From an uncultured archaeon (GTDB lineage Archaea > Nanohalarchaeota > Nanosalinia > Nanosalinales > Nanosalinaceae), in assembly GCA_964421955.1 (NCBI GenBank), contig CAYQYU010000007.1, positions 1-52,876 on the forward strand: DNA of 52,876 nucleotides, read 5' to 3'. The notes beneath the pieces are model-generated. The model was not told where the DNA came from and searched no databases. It saw only the letters and a program-made list of their open reading frames with translations. Position numbers and translations under genes: made by a program. Position 1 is the first letter of the stretch. Each line of letters starts with the position of its first letter. Below are positions 37,234 through 47,655 of the stretch, one piece after another.

Positions 37234-38979
37234 ATGAAGTTCAACAAAGCCGTCACGGCCACAATATTTCTAATCGCCATTATAGGTCTTGTTTCTGCAA
37301 GCCCTGCAGAGATGACTCTCTTTCCAGAGGAATCAAGTACCAGAATCAACTCTTTCACATCCTACGAGGTAACGGTTGAAAACGCCGGGCCCGTAAAGGA
37401 TATCTACCGGATGAGTTCCAGCAATCCGACGGAGATAACTATCGCTCCGACCGAAGTCGAACTGGAACCAGGACAGGAAGAGACTGTCAATGTATGGTAC
37501 AACCCGGAAACCGATAGAGAAGAGGGGAGATACTCGTTCACAGTAACGGGAACTTCAAGGGCCACAGGAAACCAGTTCCCTGTTGAAGGCCACGTAAATG
37601 TTATACGAGAACACGACATCCTCATCGAGGTCGACGATGCTTCCCAGACAGGCTGCCTCGGTGAAGAGGTAACCTACGAAGTTGAACTGACCAACCGTGG
37701 AAGCCAGGCCGAAGAGTTCAGGCTTTCGACCAACTACGGCGAGCTCTCCGCGGAAGAAGTCACACTGGCACAGGGAGAGACCCAGGAAGTAGGCCTGGCA
37801 GTATCAGCTGACAGCCCTGTACAGAGAAGCTTCAATATTGTTGCCGCATCACCTACAAGCTACGCACAGGACATCCAGGAACTCGAGTTCAGCTCGGAAA
37901 TCTGCTACGCTTCCGAGGTATCAATCACTCCACAGTCACTGGATGTGCCCGCAAGGACCGAAGCGGAGTACGAGGTAACCGTAAGTAACACCGGAACGAG
38001 AGACGATGAATACGAGCTCTCGGCAAATCGCGGAGTGCTCGATGACGACGACCTGAACGTAGATGCGGGCGAAGAAGAGTCGACCACTCTAACTTACACT
38101 CCACAGGAACTCGGCCAGAAAACTATCAGAGTAACCGCAACATCAGAGGATTCAGACATTGAGAACACAGCCACCGCAACAGCCAACGCCATCAACACGA
38201 TGGACATGGAGGTCAGCTTTGACCAGAAAAGGAGAGCGGTTTGTGAAGACTCCAGTGTAACCTACACAGCCAGCGTAGTCAACACAGGAGACGCAGAAGA
38301 GACATACAACCTGAGATCAAATATAGGAAATCTCTCGGTAACCGAGGGAACGCTTGATCCTGGAGACACAGGAACCGTCAACCTCACAGTCGATGGCACC
38401 CAGTACGAGCCAGGACAGACACTGAACGTCAGCCTGACAGTTACAGCCTCGACCTTCGGAGAACCTGTAAAGACCAGGGTCGCAAAGCTTGACACCCAGA
38501 ACTGCTGGGATCTCGACATGAACGTTGTGCCGAAGATCCAGAGCGCTGGAGAGAACAGGAGCGTCATCTACGAGATCAGGCTGAGCAACACGGGAGCAAG
38601 ACAGAACACCTACCAGCTTGACTGGGAGGGGCCTGACTGGATAGACATCAAGCCTCGCGAAGTCACAGTAGCCTCGGGAGAAAGAGAGACATCCTACATG
38701 TACGCGGGAATACCGTTCAAGAAGCAGGGACAGGTCAGGATCAACGTCACGGGAGAAGGAAGAGACGTTGAAAGATCGCAGACAGTCCGGCTACTCATCA
38801 ACGAGACTATAGAGGAAGCAATCCAGGATGAGCAGCCCAGAGGGCCGACCGGCGCATTCAGCCGCGTGCTATCCAGCCTCTCGGAGCAGATAGCATCGAC
38901 CACGACAGCGACCAGAGTCCTCATCTCACTACTGATGGGAGCAGTAATCACCGCAGTCATCCTGTTCCAGGAATGGTAA
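37234..38979 (+). CDS. Ig-repeat (COG1470-like) surface protein with C-terminal TM anchor
   Basis: Signal peptide, five repeats of a Y-x-V-x-(V/L)-x-N-x-G-like motif, C-terminal hydrophobic helix. Confidence 0.82.
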   Translation: MKFNKAVTATIFLIAIIGLVSASPAEMTLFPEESSTRINSFTSYEVTVENAGPVKDIYRMSSSNPTEITIAPTEVELEPGQEETVNVWYNPETDREEGRYSFTVTGTSRATGNQFPVEGHVNVIREHDILIEVDDASQTGCLGEEVTYEVELTNRGSQAEEFRLSTNYGELSAEEVTLAQGETQEVGLAVSADSPVQRSFNIVAASPTSYAQDIQELEFSSEICYASEVSITPQSLDVPARTEAEYEVTVSNTGTRDDEYELSANRGVLDDDDLNVDAGEEESTTLTYTPQELGQKTIRVTATSEDSDIENTATATANAINTMDMEVSFDQKRRAVCEDSSVTYTASVVNTGDAEETYNLRSNIGNLSVTEGTLDPGDTGTVNLTVDGTQYEPGQTLNVSLTVTASTFGEPVKTRVAKLDTQNCWDLDMNVVPKIQSAGENRSVIYEIRLSNTGARQNTYQLDWEGPDWIDIKPREVTVASGERETSYMYAGIPFKKQGQVRINVTGEGRDVERSQTVRLLINETIEEAIQDEQPRGPTGAFSRVLSSLSEQIASTTTATRVLISLLMGAVITAVILFQEW

Positions 38980-39288
38980 AAAACCACATATTCCCTTTCT
39001 TTACTTTCTATTGTTCTCAAACAAGCGAACCTGCCTATAGCCTGGGTCACTATACACTTCTTTTCCTATCCCCGGATTAGGTGCCGCAGTTTTCCTTGAG
39101 ACAGTGGGCTGTGGAAGAAGATGCGGTCCAATCCCGGATATCTTACACACCAGCCGATCTACTGAGACAGAGCTATCAGCTATGTCACAGCTGTGTCTAT
39201 CTCTTCAGATAACACTGAATCTGGCCCAAAAATAGAAGGAGAAAATGATCGAGGGATTGTTCTCGACTTTCTTTTTCTTCACCAACAA

Positions 39289-40254
39289 CTACGGCCTTCC
39301 CTTCACTGTCGCCGAGGTCTGTGTCTCGGTGTAGTAGTTGTAGTCAGCTCTCAGCGTGATCGGCAGTGTCTGTTCGATGTCGCTGGTCTGGAACTCCGAC
39401 TGAAGGTTGGTGAACTCGAAGCATTCCATTCCCCTGTTGCCCACGAGGTCAACCTTGACCGTGGTACTTGAGCCTCCTCCGCTCGAGCTCCCGCTCACTG
39501 GGCTGAAGCCTATGTTTCCTGGCGAACTGAGGGTGAGCTGTACCTTGTCAACATTGTTCTCGTCTGGAGTCGGAGTCGTGCTACCGAGGAATGGTGTTCC
39601 TGTGCCTTCATTCCTGACGATTATGCAGAGATTTGAGTTGGTGGACTGTCCTCCGCCGTAGAAGACAATCGGCGTCTTCGTCCTGATCTCCATGTGGATC
39701 GGGCCGTCAGTGTTCTGCAGAGTCGGCTGCGCCCTTGTAACGCTTGAATCCCTGTATCTCTCGTCTCCCATCAGCTGTATCTCTGTGACTCCGCGGTTCT
39801 GGTACTCGTATGCCAGCCGGGCAAAGAAGTCGTAAGGAATCTGGACACCATCCTCAAGATCTGGAGGTGTCAGGGTTACGATCCCCTCTCTGGGTGTTGC
39901 AGGAACTCCTGCCTCCTCATCAGCCGATCTCAGTCTTCCAAGATCGATTACGCGGTCTCCGCTGGAACCTGGGTTGATACTGTCAACCGACCATTCCTGG
40001 TTTCCTGAGCTTCCGAACGGAGGCCCAAATATCTTTACTTTAGCTTTCCTGTCGTCCCTGTCTCCAACATTCTTGACCCTGATCCGGAGATTCATCTGCT
40101 GGGAATCAAATACCGTATCTGGAACTGCAGAATAGTTGACAACCTGTACCGCCTGCGTACCTGCCGGGCCTTCTGTGTTTGTTGAGTCCGTGCACCCGGA
40201 GGCCAGCACGACCAGAGCCAGTAAAACAATTACCGTGTTCCTGTTCACCTTCAT
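39289..40254 (-). CDS. Lipoprotein (paralogue 1)
   Basis: Lipobox LASG|C. Confidence 0.82.
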   Translation of the reverse strand: MKVNRNTVIVLLALVVLASGCTDSTNTEGPAGTQAVQVVNYSAVPDTVFDSQQMNLRIRVKNVGDRDDRKAKVKIFGPPFGSSGNQEWSVDSINPGSSGDRVIDLGRLRSADEEAGVPATPREGIVTLTPPDLEDGVQIPYDFFARLAYEYQNRGVTEIQLMGDERYRDSSVTRAQPTLQNTDGPIHMEIRTKTPIVFYGGGQSTNSNLCIIVRNEGTGTPFLGSTTPTPDENNVDKVQLTLSSPGNIGFSPVSGSSSGGGSSTTVKVDLVGNRGMECFEFTNLQSEFQTSDIEQTLPITLRADYNYYTETQTSATVKGRP

Positions 40255-41081
40255 TAAGGCTTAACAACCTCTATATCTAGGCTTGGTGATTTGACGTATT
40301 TATAAGATGTGGAAATTATGAGGTTTCTGGTGACCGATCCTGAGGTACCAGGAACCACCTCGCACGAAACTCTGGTTGTCTCTCCTGCAACAGGCGCCAC
40401 TTCTTGCTTTTCAGCGATGCAACCAGGGAATACTGCGGACGGAGAGTAGCTCATCGAATAGTTTGACGCCACTCTACCGTTTCCTAAAGTTCTAAGTCTT
40501 ATATCCATTATAGAGCCGTCAACGGGCGCAGGAGACTCTGTAGACACCTCCATCTTGACCTCAGTGTTCGAGAAAGTATGTGATAGCTGATCTCTCCTGT
40601 CTATCTCTCCCAGTGGCTTGAAAGAGACCTTGAAGGCCTGTTTCCTGTTTGAGAGCTTGGAGTTGTAGGCCAGGTTGAGATTGATGCTTATTCCCCGTGA
40701 CTCAAATCCAGCCGCGTTATCCGGAGCCTTTAGAGTCCATGTGCACTCCATCTCGGGGGAGAAATCCTCTCTTGCTGCCTGTAGAGAGGTAGGGCTGCAC
40801 AGCTGGCTGATTGAGTCGCCCTGATCCAGGTTCTTGAGGAACCCGGTATTGTAAAGGGAAATATCCTCAAAACTAACCTCATTACGGTGATGGTTTCTCA
40901 ACCTCAGAACAACCCTGGTCTCCTGGCCCGGGGTAAGAGTATGGTCCGTAGTCCTGAATTCGACTATCTCGAGGCCCTGCGATACTGTGGAGCCTCCATT
41001 ATTGTGGCCCGTATCTTCAAGCTGTGTGCAGCCGGCTGCGAGAACCACGATGAAAATTGCAGCGATCACTCTAGTTTCCAC
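40254..41081 (-). CDS. Lipoprotein (paralogue 2)
   Basis: Lipobox LAAG|C. Confidence 0.82.
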   Translation of the reverse strand: METRVIAAIFIVVLAAGCTQLEDTGHNNGGSTVSQGLEIVEFRTTDHTLTPGQETRVVLRLRNHHRNEVSFEDISLYNTGFLKNLDQGDSISQLCSPTSLQAAREDFSPEMECTWTLKAPDNAAGFESRGISINLNLAYNSKLSNRKQAFKVSFKPLGEIDRRDQLSHTFSNTEVKMEVSTESPAPVDGSIMDIRLRTLGNGRVASNYSMSYSPSAVFPGCIAEKQEVAPVAGETTRVSCEVVPGTSGSVTRNLIISTSYKYVKSPSLDIEVVKP

Positions 41082-42036
41082 GGGTCTTCACCTCGACCTG
41101 CCGGGATCCTGCATCCTTCATGTAGGCGTAGTCTATCCGGGCAAATATCTCGGATATAGCGCTCGGCGAACTTAGATCGCCGCTTTTGGGCACCGGGATA
41201 TCACATTTCAGTACACGGGAGTCTCCCTCGAACATTCTTATCTCGTCGCCGGATTCGCATCGGCGATCGCTGTTACTGTATCCCGCACCAGGATTAACCT
41301 CCCAGCGGAAGGAGTTTCCATTCTTTGTGAAGTTCTCGTCAAGTTCCAGGGGTTCTGACGCCCTGACAGACAGGCTCCTCTCCTCTACATCCACAACTCC
41401 CTTGCTGTAGCCTTCCTGCCCCCTGTTCTGGAGCTGCATCAGCAGGCTTACGCTGTCGTCCTTGCCGGCTATGAAGACTGAAGGGTTTTCCGTGCTGCTG
41501 CCTATGGTCTCGAGCGCGAAGAAAAGAGGGCCTGAGGAAGACTCCGCCTGTAGCTTCGAATCCTCGACTTCTCTCGACCTCTTGATCTGGACCTGTTTGT
41601 ATGTGCTGACACTGTAATTGAACGGTACCTGGAACTTCAGGTCGCATCTCTGGCCATAAAGAGGTACGTCTCCTTTCTGTTGTAGCCTCCATCTCAGCCG
41701 GAGCTCGTCTTCTGGACCTAGCTCAACCCTGTTACCGTCACGCTCTCCAGAGGTGGTGACCGAAACGTCTCCCTCGATCTCGAATATATCGGGGCAGTAA
41801 TCCTTCATCACCCGCTGCCCATCATTCCCGAGGTCAACCTCCGCGGGCAGGTTACCCGTGTTAGCGAGGTCAAGAGAGACAGTCACACTGGTGCCCTCGT
41901 AAATCTCCTGTGGACTGACGGAGAGCTGGTGAACCGTTATCGACCCGGTTGATTCCTGGTCGCCTCCTCCACTGGTGCATCCAGAGGCCACGACCGCCAG
42001 AAACAGTAGAATTAAAATTGCTCGCTGCCTCTCCAT
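41071..42036 (-). CDS. Lipoprotein (paralogue 3)
   Basis: Lipobox VASG|C. Confidence 0.82.
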   Translation of the reverse strand: MERQRAILILLFLAVVASGCTSGGGDQESTGSITVHQLSVSPQEIYEGTSVTVSLDLANTGNLPAEVDLGNDGQRVMKDYCPDIFEIEGDVSVTTSGERDGNRVELGPEDELRLRWRLQQKGDVPLYGQRCDLKFQVPFNYSVSTYKQVQIKRSREVEDSKLQAESSSGPLFFALETIGSSTENPSVFIAGKDDSVSLLMQLQNRGQEGYSKGVVDVEERSLSVRASEPLELDENFTKNGNSFRWEVNPGAGYSNSDRRCESGDEIRMFEGDSRVLKCDIPVPKSGDLSSPSAISEIFARIDYAYMKDAGSRQVEVKTRGN

Positions 42037-42041
42037 ACAAT

Positions 42042-42839
42042 ATGAGTGTATTTTCTGGGGTTAAAAGATTTTTACTCGAAAATCTCTGGTATCCTGTCCA
42101 GGGAAAGGCCGCCGGATACAATATTTTCAACACTTCTCTCTACGCGTTACTGTTTGCAGTGGGTGCGGCGTATATCGGCTACCCGCTACTGAAGAAGCTG
42201 GATATCCGGCTCGACAGAGAGTTCTTCATTTCAGTTACACCCTACATCCTGCTCGGGAGCTCGATCAGGGTGCTTGAAGACCTCCAGATCGTCGATACCT
42301 TCCTGCTCGTAACACCTTTCATCTACGTCTGGATGTTCCTGCTGACTGCCGCAGTTCTGGCGGCTACACGTCACTTCTACGGTGAGGAATACCACCGTGT
42401 ATTTGGCGGCGCGGGACTTGTCATGCTGCTGCCGGTCCTCATGCTCTACAATTCAGTGACCTGGATGCCGCTTGTCCAGGTTCTTGGCCTCTTTCTGGTG
42501 TCCGCGGGAGCGCTCTACACTATCACGAAAGAGCTACGGCCCGAACTCGCAACTTACAGCTTCCTGGTTCCGGTAGCGGCTCATTACTGGGATGCCTCTA
42601 CCAGCTTTGTCGCACTGAGCCACGGCGCGTCCGAGAAACACGTGCTCGCCCAGTTCTTCGTCAATAACCTGGGTCCGGGAGGAATGTTTGTCATGAAGAC
42701 TCTGCTGATAGTTCCCGTAACCTACTACATCGTCGACGAGTTTGAAGGTGAAAGAAAACGGTACTACCTCTTACTTGTCGCGCTGCTCGGCATAGCACTG
42801 GGAACACGGAACATTCTGTCGCTGATAACAGGCATGTGA
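42042..42839 (+). CDS. DUF63 family membrane protein
   Basis: GYNIFNT motif, PYILLGSSIRVLED, HYWDASTSF, EKHVL. Confidence 0.85.
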   Translation: MSVFSGVKRFLLENLWYPVQGKAAGYNIFNTSLYALLFAVGAAYIGYPLLKKLDIRLDREFFISVTPYILLGSSIRVLEDLQIVDTFLLVTPFIYVWMFLLTAAVLAATRHFYGEEYHRVFGGAGLVMLLPVLMLYNSVTWMPLVQVLGLFLVSAGALYTITKELRPELATYSFLVPVAAHYWDASTSFVALSHGASEKHVLAQFFVNNLGPGGMFVMKTLLIVPVTYYIVDEFEGERKRYYLLLVALLGIALGTRNILSLITGM

Positions 42840-45419
42840 TCACCAGCACTCAGGTTGACCGTTCCTGACGATAATAGCGCCGATTTCGTCAGTTTCGCTC
42901 CCGCAGGGGTCGCTTCCACCAGAAAGCCAGTCAGCAATTATATCCAATATACTCTGGGTTCCCGTGCAGTCCATGGTTTCAGGTCCAAAGTAGTAGACAT
43001 TGTAAGAATTCTCCTTACTCCAATTCCCGGCTATCTGGGTCATCAGGCCAGTACTCTGGTCGCACACTTTGAACTCCAGATTCCTTAAGACTATATCTTT
43101 CCGGGAGCCGTACTTCAACCGGACGATCGCCTTTCCTCCATCTTCTTCGACTTTATCTTCTCTAAGCCCGACCGCATCCCTGGACGGGTTGACCGCTGTG
43201 TTGTTAACATACGCTTTGGGCCGGTTCCACCGAGAAATCAACTCTGAGAACTTGTAAGCCGTATCACCTCCTGCCACCTTGCCGATGCTTATAATATCTC
43301 CAAAGGGAGGATCGTCCAGATTCGTGTTTATCTCCGCGATTGTGCAACCGTTCCCGGCATCAACTCCCTCACATCTTGTCTTCCAGTCATAGCCAGCGTC
43401 ATTCTGGTCCTCTGAGACCGTGGCGAGAACAGGACAGTTATATGCCGATCCGCACTGGGAGTTAAGCACGTTGAAGCTCTCTATGTTCTCATCAACAGAA
43501 ACGGTGTAGTTCGATTTGACACCCATCGTCAGGGTCTCCCCTGTCGGGCTTATGGTGCCTGGATCCGAGAGCTCCATGACGCATCCAAAGATCGGGGGCT
43601 CCGCACTAGTATCGAACCATCTTTTTTCCCCAATGCGTTTGTCTATCGGAACCTTTCCTATAGGGTCCCCCGGGTTCTCTATGAACTGGCATTCCTGGGA
43701 TACGTCTTTCGCTTTCTCAACTCCATCTGATTTCTCGATCACCAGCTCCCTAACCTTGTACCGGATATTGTACTCGTCAGTGTTCAGTGTCGCCCTCACA
43801 CCGAAGGGCTGGGCGGCATCTCCCGTACCAACCTCGTCCTCATCGTAAAGCACGGGTTCGTTGACGCTGATCGCGGCCTTGACCGGTGTGTCCGCGGTCT
43901 CGGAGTTCTTGAACTCTTTCCGTATATCCGGGTTCGACTGGAGGTTCTGGAGGCTCATTGCCCGGAAGTACAGAGTGGCACGTGAGAAATAGTTATACTT
44001 GACATCGAGCCGGACCTTCCTGTACTCTCCGAGAGCAGGCTGGAGCATTTCACAACCCCTGAGAGTAAAGTCGTCCTTGACGCTCACACTGTTCTTCTCA
44101 TTCACCTTGCCTGTAAGAGTCAGGAAAGCTGTCGAGGCAGAGGTGCCCGGGTAGATGTCGTTACTTTCCCACATATCGTCTCCCTTTTCAATATCGAAAC
44201 CGTTTACAGGTATCCATCCGCTGTCACAGTAGGGGTTGTCAACTCCTCTCTCGCTGTCGATGAATCTCACCCTGTAGCTGACATTGATAGCGTCTATGCC
44301 CTTCAGGCCGTGCCGGTTGTTCGAGATGGTGAAGGACATCGGTATCGCGTATCCCTGTTCCTTGTATGCGATGTCCAGCTTCTTGGCCTGGCCCACCTCG
44401 AACCTGTCGATGCTCAGGCCGTAGTTCTGGCCCACTTCATCCGATCCAGGCCGCTTCGTATTGTTCAGCCGCCACTGCCTGAGGCATGAAGGACCTTTCA
44501 TCACACAGAACACGCGAGCCTTCGCCTGCCTGAAAGTGCCGTAGGCCTGTTCAGCACCGCTTGAAGCCGCCACTACTGCCGCCCTGTCAGCTACTGCTTC
44601 TCCACCGAAGCCGAGGTATTCCCCGACAGGTCCTATCACAATCCCAAGGAAAAGTAGCAGGAGAACACCCAAGATAATTACAGCGGTCTTCCCGCTCGGC
44701 AGGGAAAGCGGTATTCCCCCGGAGTCATCTCCGCCACCCGCACCCGACCCCGTGGGCTCAGTTCCTGCCCCTGAATATGACGCAGAAGAAGATTTCCCGC
44801 CCAGGCTTTCCGGCATCAGGCCCAGCTCTCTCAGTTCGGTCAGAGTGCTCTGCTGGGGAATAATCCTGTTTCCTCTCTCATTGAAATTCAGGTATATTTC
44901 CCTGCCCTCTCCTGTAGTGTATTTGTAGACATGTCCAACATTAATGTCGCCGTGCTTCAGGCTCCAGTCACCGTACTGGTCAGAGGAAGCCCTTCCCACC
45001 AGGGTGACCGTTCCAAGTTCTTTGCCAGCCACCGGATTCTCCTCGACAGCCTCTATTTCAACTGCTCCGCTACCTCCTCCTGCGCTGCCTATAACCGGAA
45101 TCTTCTCGGCTATATCAAGACCCGTAATGGCCTCAAAGACGTTCGATATCAGCCTCAGAGTCTCGCGGTCAAGGATCGGTAATAGACCCAGCAGGCCTCC
45201 CGATACAATAATCGCTATTACTTCGTCCGCAAGCAGAAGCACGTTTATGGCACGATCAACGTTATTCTCTGAACCCTCCACCTCCGGAATCTTCTTCACC
45301 AGTTCGCCCAGAACCGGAATGTCCGCGATCAGGTTCAGCAGCTCTAGATCGAAGTAAGGGAGGAAAGTGTATAGCAAAAGCAGAGCGTTTTCAGCACTCA
45401 ATAGGTCCTCATCCGACAT
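42840..45419 (-). CDS. Large membrane protein with Cys-rich extracellular region
   Basis: Hydrophobic N-terminus, internal TM, beta-rich domain resembling the neighbouring lipoproteins. Confidence 0.75.
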   Translation of the reverse strand: MSDEDLLSAENALLLLYTFLPYFDLELLNLIADIPVLGELVKKIPEVEGSENNVDRAINVLLLADEVIAIIVSGGLLGLLPILDRETLRLISNVFEAITGLDIAEKIPVIGSAGGGSGAVEIEAVEENPVAGKELGTVTLVGRASSDQYGDWSLKHGDINVGHVYKYTTGEGREIYLNFNERGNRIIPQQSTLTELRELGLMPESLGGKSSSASYSGAGTEPTGSGAGGGDDSGGIPLSLPSGKTAVIILGVLLLLFLGIVIGPVGEYLGFGGEAVADRAAVVAASSGAEQAYGTFRQAKARVFCVMKGPSCLRQWRLNNTKRPGSDEVGQNYGLSIDRFEVGQAKKLDIAYKEQGYAIPMSFTISNNRHGLKGIDAINVSYRVRFIDSERGVDNPYCDSGWIPVNGFDIEKGDDMWESNDIYPGTSASTAFLTLTGKVNEKNSVSVKDDFTLRGCEMLQPALGEYRKVRLDVKYNYFSRATLYFRAMSLQNLQSNPDIRKEFKNSETADTPVKAAISVNEPVLYDEDEVGTGDAAQPFGVRATLNTDEYNIRYKVRELVIEKSDGVEKAKDVSQECQFIENPGDPIGKVPIDKRIGEKRWFDTSAEPPIFGCVMELSDPGTISPTGETLTMGVKSNYTVSVDENIESFNVLNSQCGSAYNCPVLATVSEDQNDAGYDWKTRCEGVDAGNGCTIAEINTNLDDPPFGDIISIGKVAGGDTAYKFSELISRWNRPKAYVNNTAVNPSRDAVGLREDKVEEDGGKAIVRLKYGSRKDIVLRNLEFKVCDQSTGLMTQIAGNWSKENSYNVYYFGPETMDCTGTQSILDIIADWLSGGSDPCGSETDEIGAIIVRNGQPECW

Positions 45420-46562
45420 CTAATCTTCCACCTTTTCACTCAGGACCTCCAGATTGTTCAGCTGGTAGGTGGTGTTGCTGCTTACCGTTAGAAGGTTGTC
45501 CTCCTCAAGAGCCTCGGATTCGAACTCAACCACATTGAGGCCGTTATCCGGATTGATGCTGTAACGTTGCTCGTTAAGTTCAAGTATCATTCTGCGCGAC
45601 GACGGCAGGAGGCGCTGGTACTCAAAGCTTATGCGCTCATCCGTGTCGCCTCTCCCCGCGAAGTTCCTCTCCGACTCCGTGGACTCGAAGCCGACTGTTC
45701 TTGTACCGTTCTCCGAGTTACCGAGGTACCTGAGCGTCACCTCCGCATTTTCAATGTGGTACTCCGCGTTACCGTCTGTCTCAAATCTGATAGAGTTGTA
45801 TCCTGGATGGAGATCCGCATTTGTGGGATTGATACTGACTTCTTCAGGCGATATCCTGACCTGCTTCTTCGAGTATACTTCCCGATCGTTGATGTAGACC
45901 TCCAGCGGCTGGGTCTTGATCGAGCTCCTGATATCGAAGGTCAGTTCGCCGGCTACAAAGTCCTCGACCTCGTAGTCATACATCTGGAAGCTGCTCCTGT
46001 AGTCGTGGAACTTCCTGTCGTTAACCGTCACCTCGATGTCTTCGAGACCATAAGTGGTGCTGGATATCAGCCCGCCCCTGGTAGTTCCAATTACAATTTC
46101 GTTCATACCTGGTTTCAGGTGGCGAGCAGGTATATTGATCTCTGGCGTTCCTGTAGCGATTAGATTCTCCTGGAAGACTTTCTGGCCGTTCGCACTGACG
46201 TATACTGCCCCGGGACCGTCGCGGCCGAGAACCTCGAATGTGACTTCGCCGCTCTTGGGCTGGGTCGCGTTGTAGCCCACAATTATTCTCTCCCCGGAGA
46301 AGAGAGAGTTCGAGATATCGTCTTTCCGGGACTGGTAAGCCTGGATGTCGCCCCGGGTTTCCCCGACGCTGAAGTCCCCAAAATTGACGTTCCGGAAGTC
46401 CTGGGTCGCGCTCCCGACCTCTCCAAAGCTCTGGGATACAAACACAACTTCTTCCCGGTCAGTAGGCGTTGCAAAGTCAAAGTCCTGGGACGCGACGAAC
46501 GCGAGGCCGAAAACTGTGAGGCCTGCCAGAATCACGACCGGAAATACCGGGATATCATCCAT
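45420..46562 (-). CDS. N-terminally anchored beta-rich protein with repeated domains
   Basis: MDDIPVFPVVILAGL start; repeated V(S/Y)xNxxxV...L(K/H)PGxNxI. Confidence 0.75.
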   Translation of the reverse strand: MDDIPVFPVVILAGLTVFGLAFVASQDFDFATPTDREEVVFVSQSFGEVGSATQDFRNVNFGDFSVGETRGDIQAYQSRKDDISNSLFSGERIIVGYNATQPKSGEVTFEVLGRDGPGAVYVSANGQKVFQENLIATGTPEINIPARHLKPGMNEIVIGTTRGGLISSTTYGLEDIEVTVNDRKFHDYRSSFQMYDYEVEDFVAGELTFDIRSSIKTQPLEVYINDREVYSKKQVRISPEEVSINPTNADLHPGYNSIRFETDGNAEYHIENAEVTLRYLGNSENGTRTVGFESTESERNFAGRGDTDERISFEYQRLLPSSRRMILELNEQRYSINPDNGLNVVEFESEALEEDNLLTVSSNTTYQLNNLEVLSEKVED

Positions 46563-46668
46563 GAGTAACGATAAAGTATTGGAGGTTTTTATTTCTAGGT
46601 CGCGAAGCCCGGAATATGAAGCTCTCATAAGAGAGCTTCTGGCAGAAATCAACCGAGGTAGATTTCGA

Positions 46669-47655
46669 ATGAAGCTGTTGAAAACTGATCGAAACGAGGG
46701 GTATGCCCGGATAGAGATCGAAAATGACGATGATCTCTGGTACCTGAAGGATATCATCGGGGAGGGTGACCGCATAAAGGCACTGACCCAGAGGACGAAG
46801 CTCGACGGCCGCGAAAAGAAGACGCTGAAGCTGACGCTTGAGACGGAAAAGAGCAGCTACGAGAACGACCGTTTACGTGTGACCGGCGAGATTATGGAAG
46901 CGGCGGACGAGGTCGAACTCGGCTACCATACTTTCAACCTTGAGCCGGGAAAGGAGTTCGAGATTTGGAAGAACTTTACCGATGAGGAATGGACGCGGCT
47001 GGAAGAGGCTGAATCCAAGCGGTCCTACCAGGTGCTTTTCTGCCTGGTAGAGAAGGGTGGCGCCGACCTGTTCCTGGTGGAGGAATCGGGCATAACCGAT
47101 CTTTCGAAGCTCCACGAGAACATTCCTGGAAAGCTCTACAGCGACCAGGATACCGGCGAGGACTTCTACAATGAACTCGTTAATGTCCTGAAGCGCTCGT
47201 CGGAGGACGTGGACAAGGTTATCCTCGGCGGCCCTGGTTTCGAGAAGGACAAGATTTACAACCTGCTTCCCGATGAAGTCCAGGGGAAGACCTTCGTCCA
47301 GGACACCTCTGTTACCGGAAAGACCGGTCTCCACGAGGCGATCAAGCGAGGGGCTTTGAAGCGCGTGGTTGAAGATTCGAGGATTGGCGAAGAGACGGAG
47401 ATTATGGAAAAGTTCCTCGAGGTGCTGGAGCAGGACGGAGATGCGAGTTACGGGGAACCGGTGAAGGAGCTCGCGGAGAAAGGTGCGGTCGAACATTTAC
47501 TTGTGACCGACGAGAAGTTCCGGCAGGAGCAAGAGATCGTGAAAAAAGTGGAGCAGCAGGGCGGCGAAGTATCTGTAGTCCACACCGATCACGAGGCAGG
47601 AGAGCGTCTCGAAAACTTCGGAGGAATCGCCGCCTTCCTGCGTTATAAGCCCTAA
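46669..47655 (+). CDS. pelA: mRNA surveillance protein pelota (Dom34)
   Basis: DDLWYL, GYHTF, PGFEKD, HEAGERLENFGGIAAFLRY. Confidence 0.93.
   Translation: MKLLKTDRNEGYARIEIENDDDLWYLKDIIGEGDRIKALTQRTKLDGREKKTLKLTLETEKSSYENDRLRVTGEIMEAADEVELGYHTFNLEPGKEFEIWKNFTDEEWTRLEEAESKRSYQVLFCLVEKGGADLFLVEESGITDLSKLHENIPGKLYSDQDTGEDFYNELVNVLKRSSEDVDKVILGGPGFEKDKIYNLLPDEVQGKTFVQDTSVTGKTGLHEAIKRGALKRVVEDSRIGEETEIMEKFLEVLEQDGDASYGEPVKELAEKGAVEHLLVTDEKFRQEQEIVKKVEQQGGEVSVVHTDHEAGERLENFGGIAAFLRYKP

Noticed and set aside
38990-39280. SRP RNA, RNase P RNA, 5S rRNA or riboswitch assignment
   Set aside because: Only fragmentary resemblance; diagnostic motifs are absent or out of order
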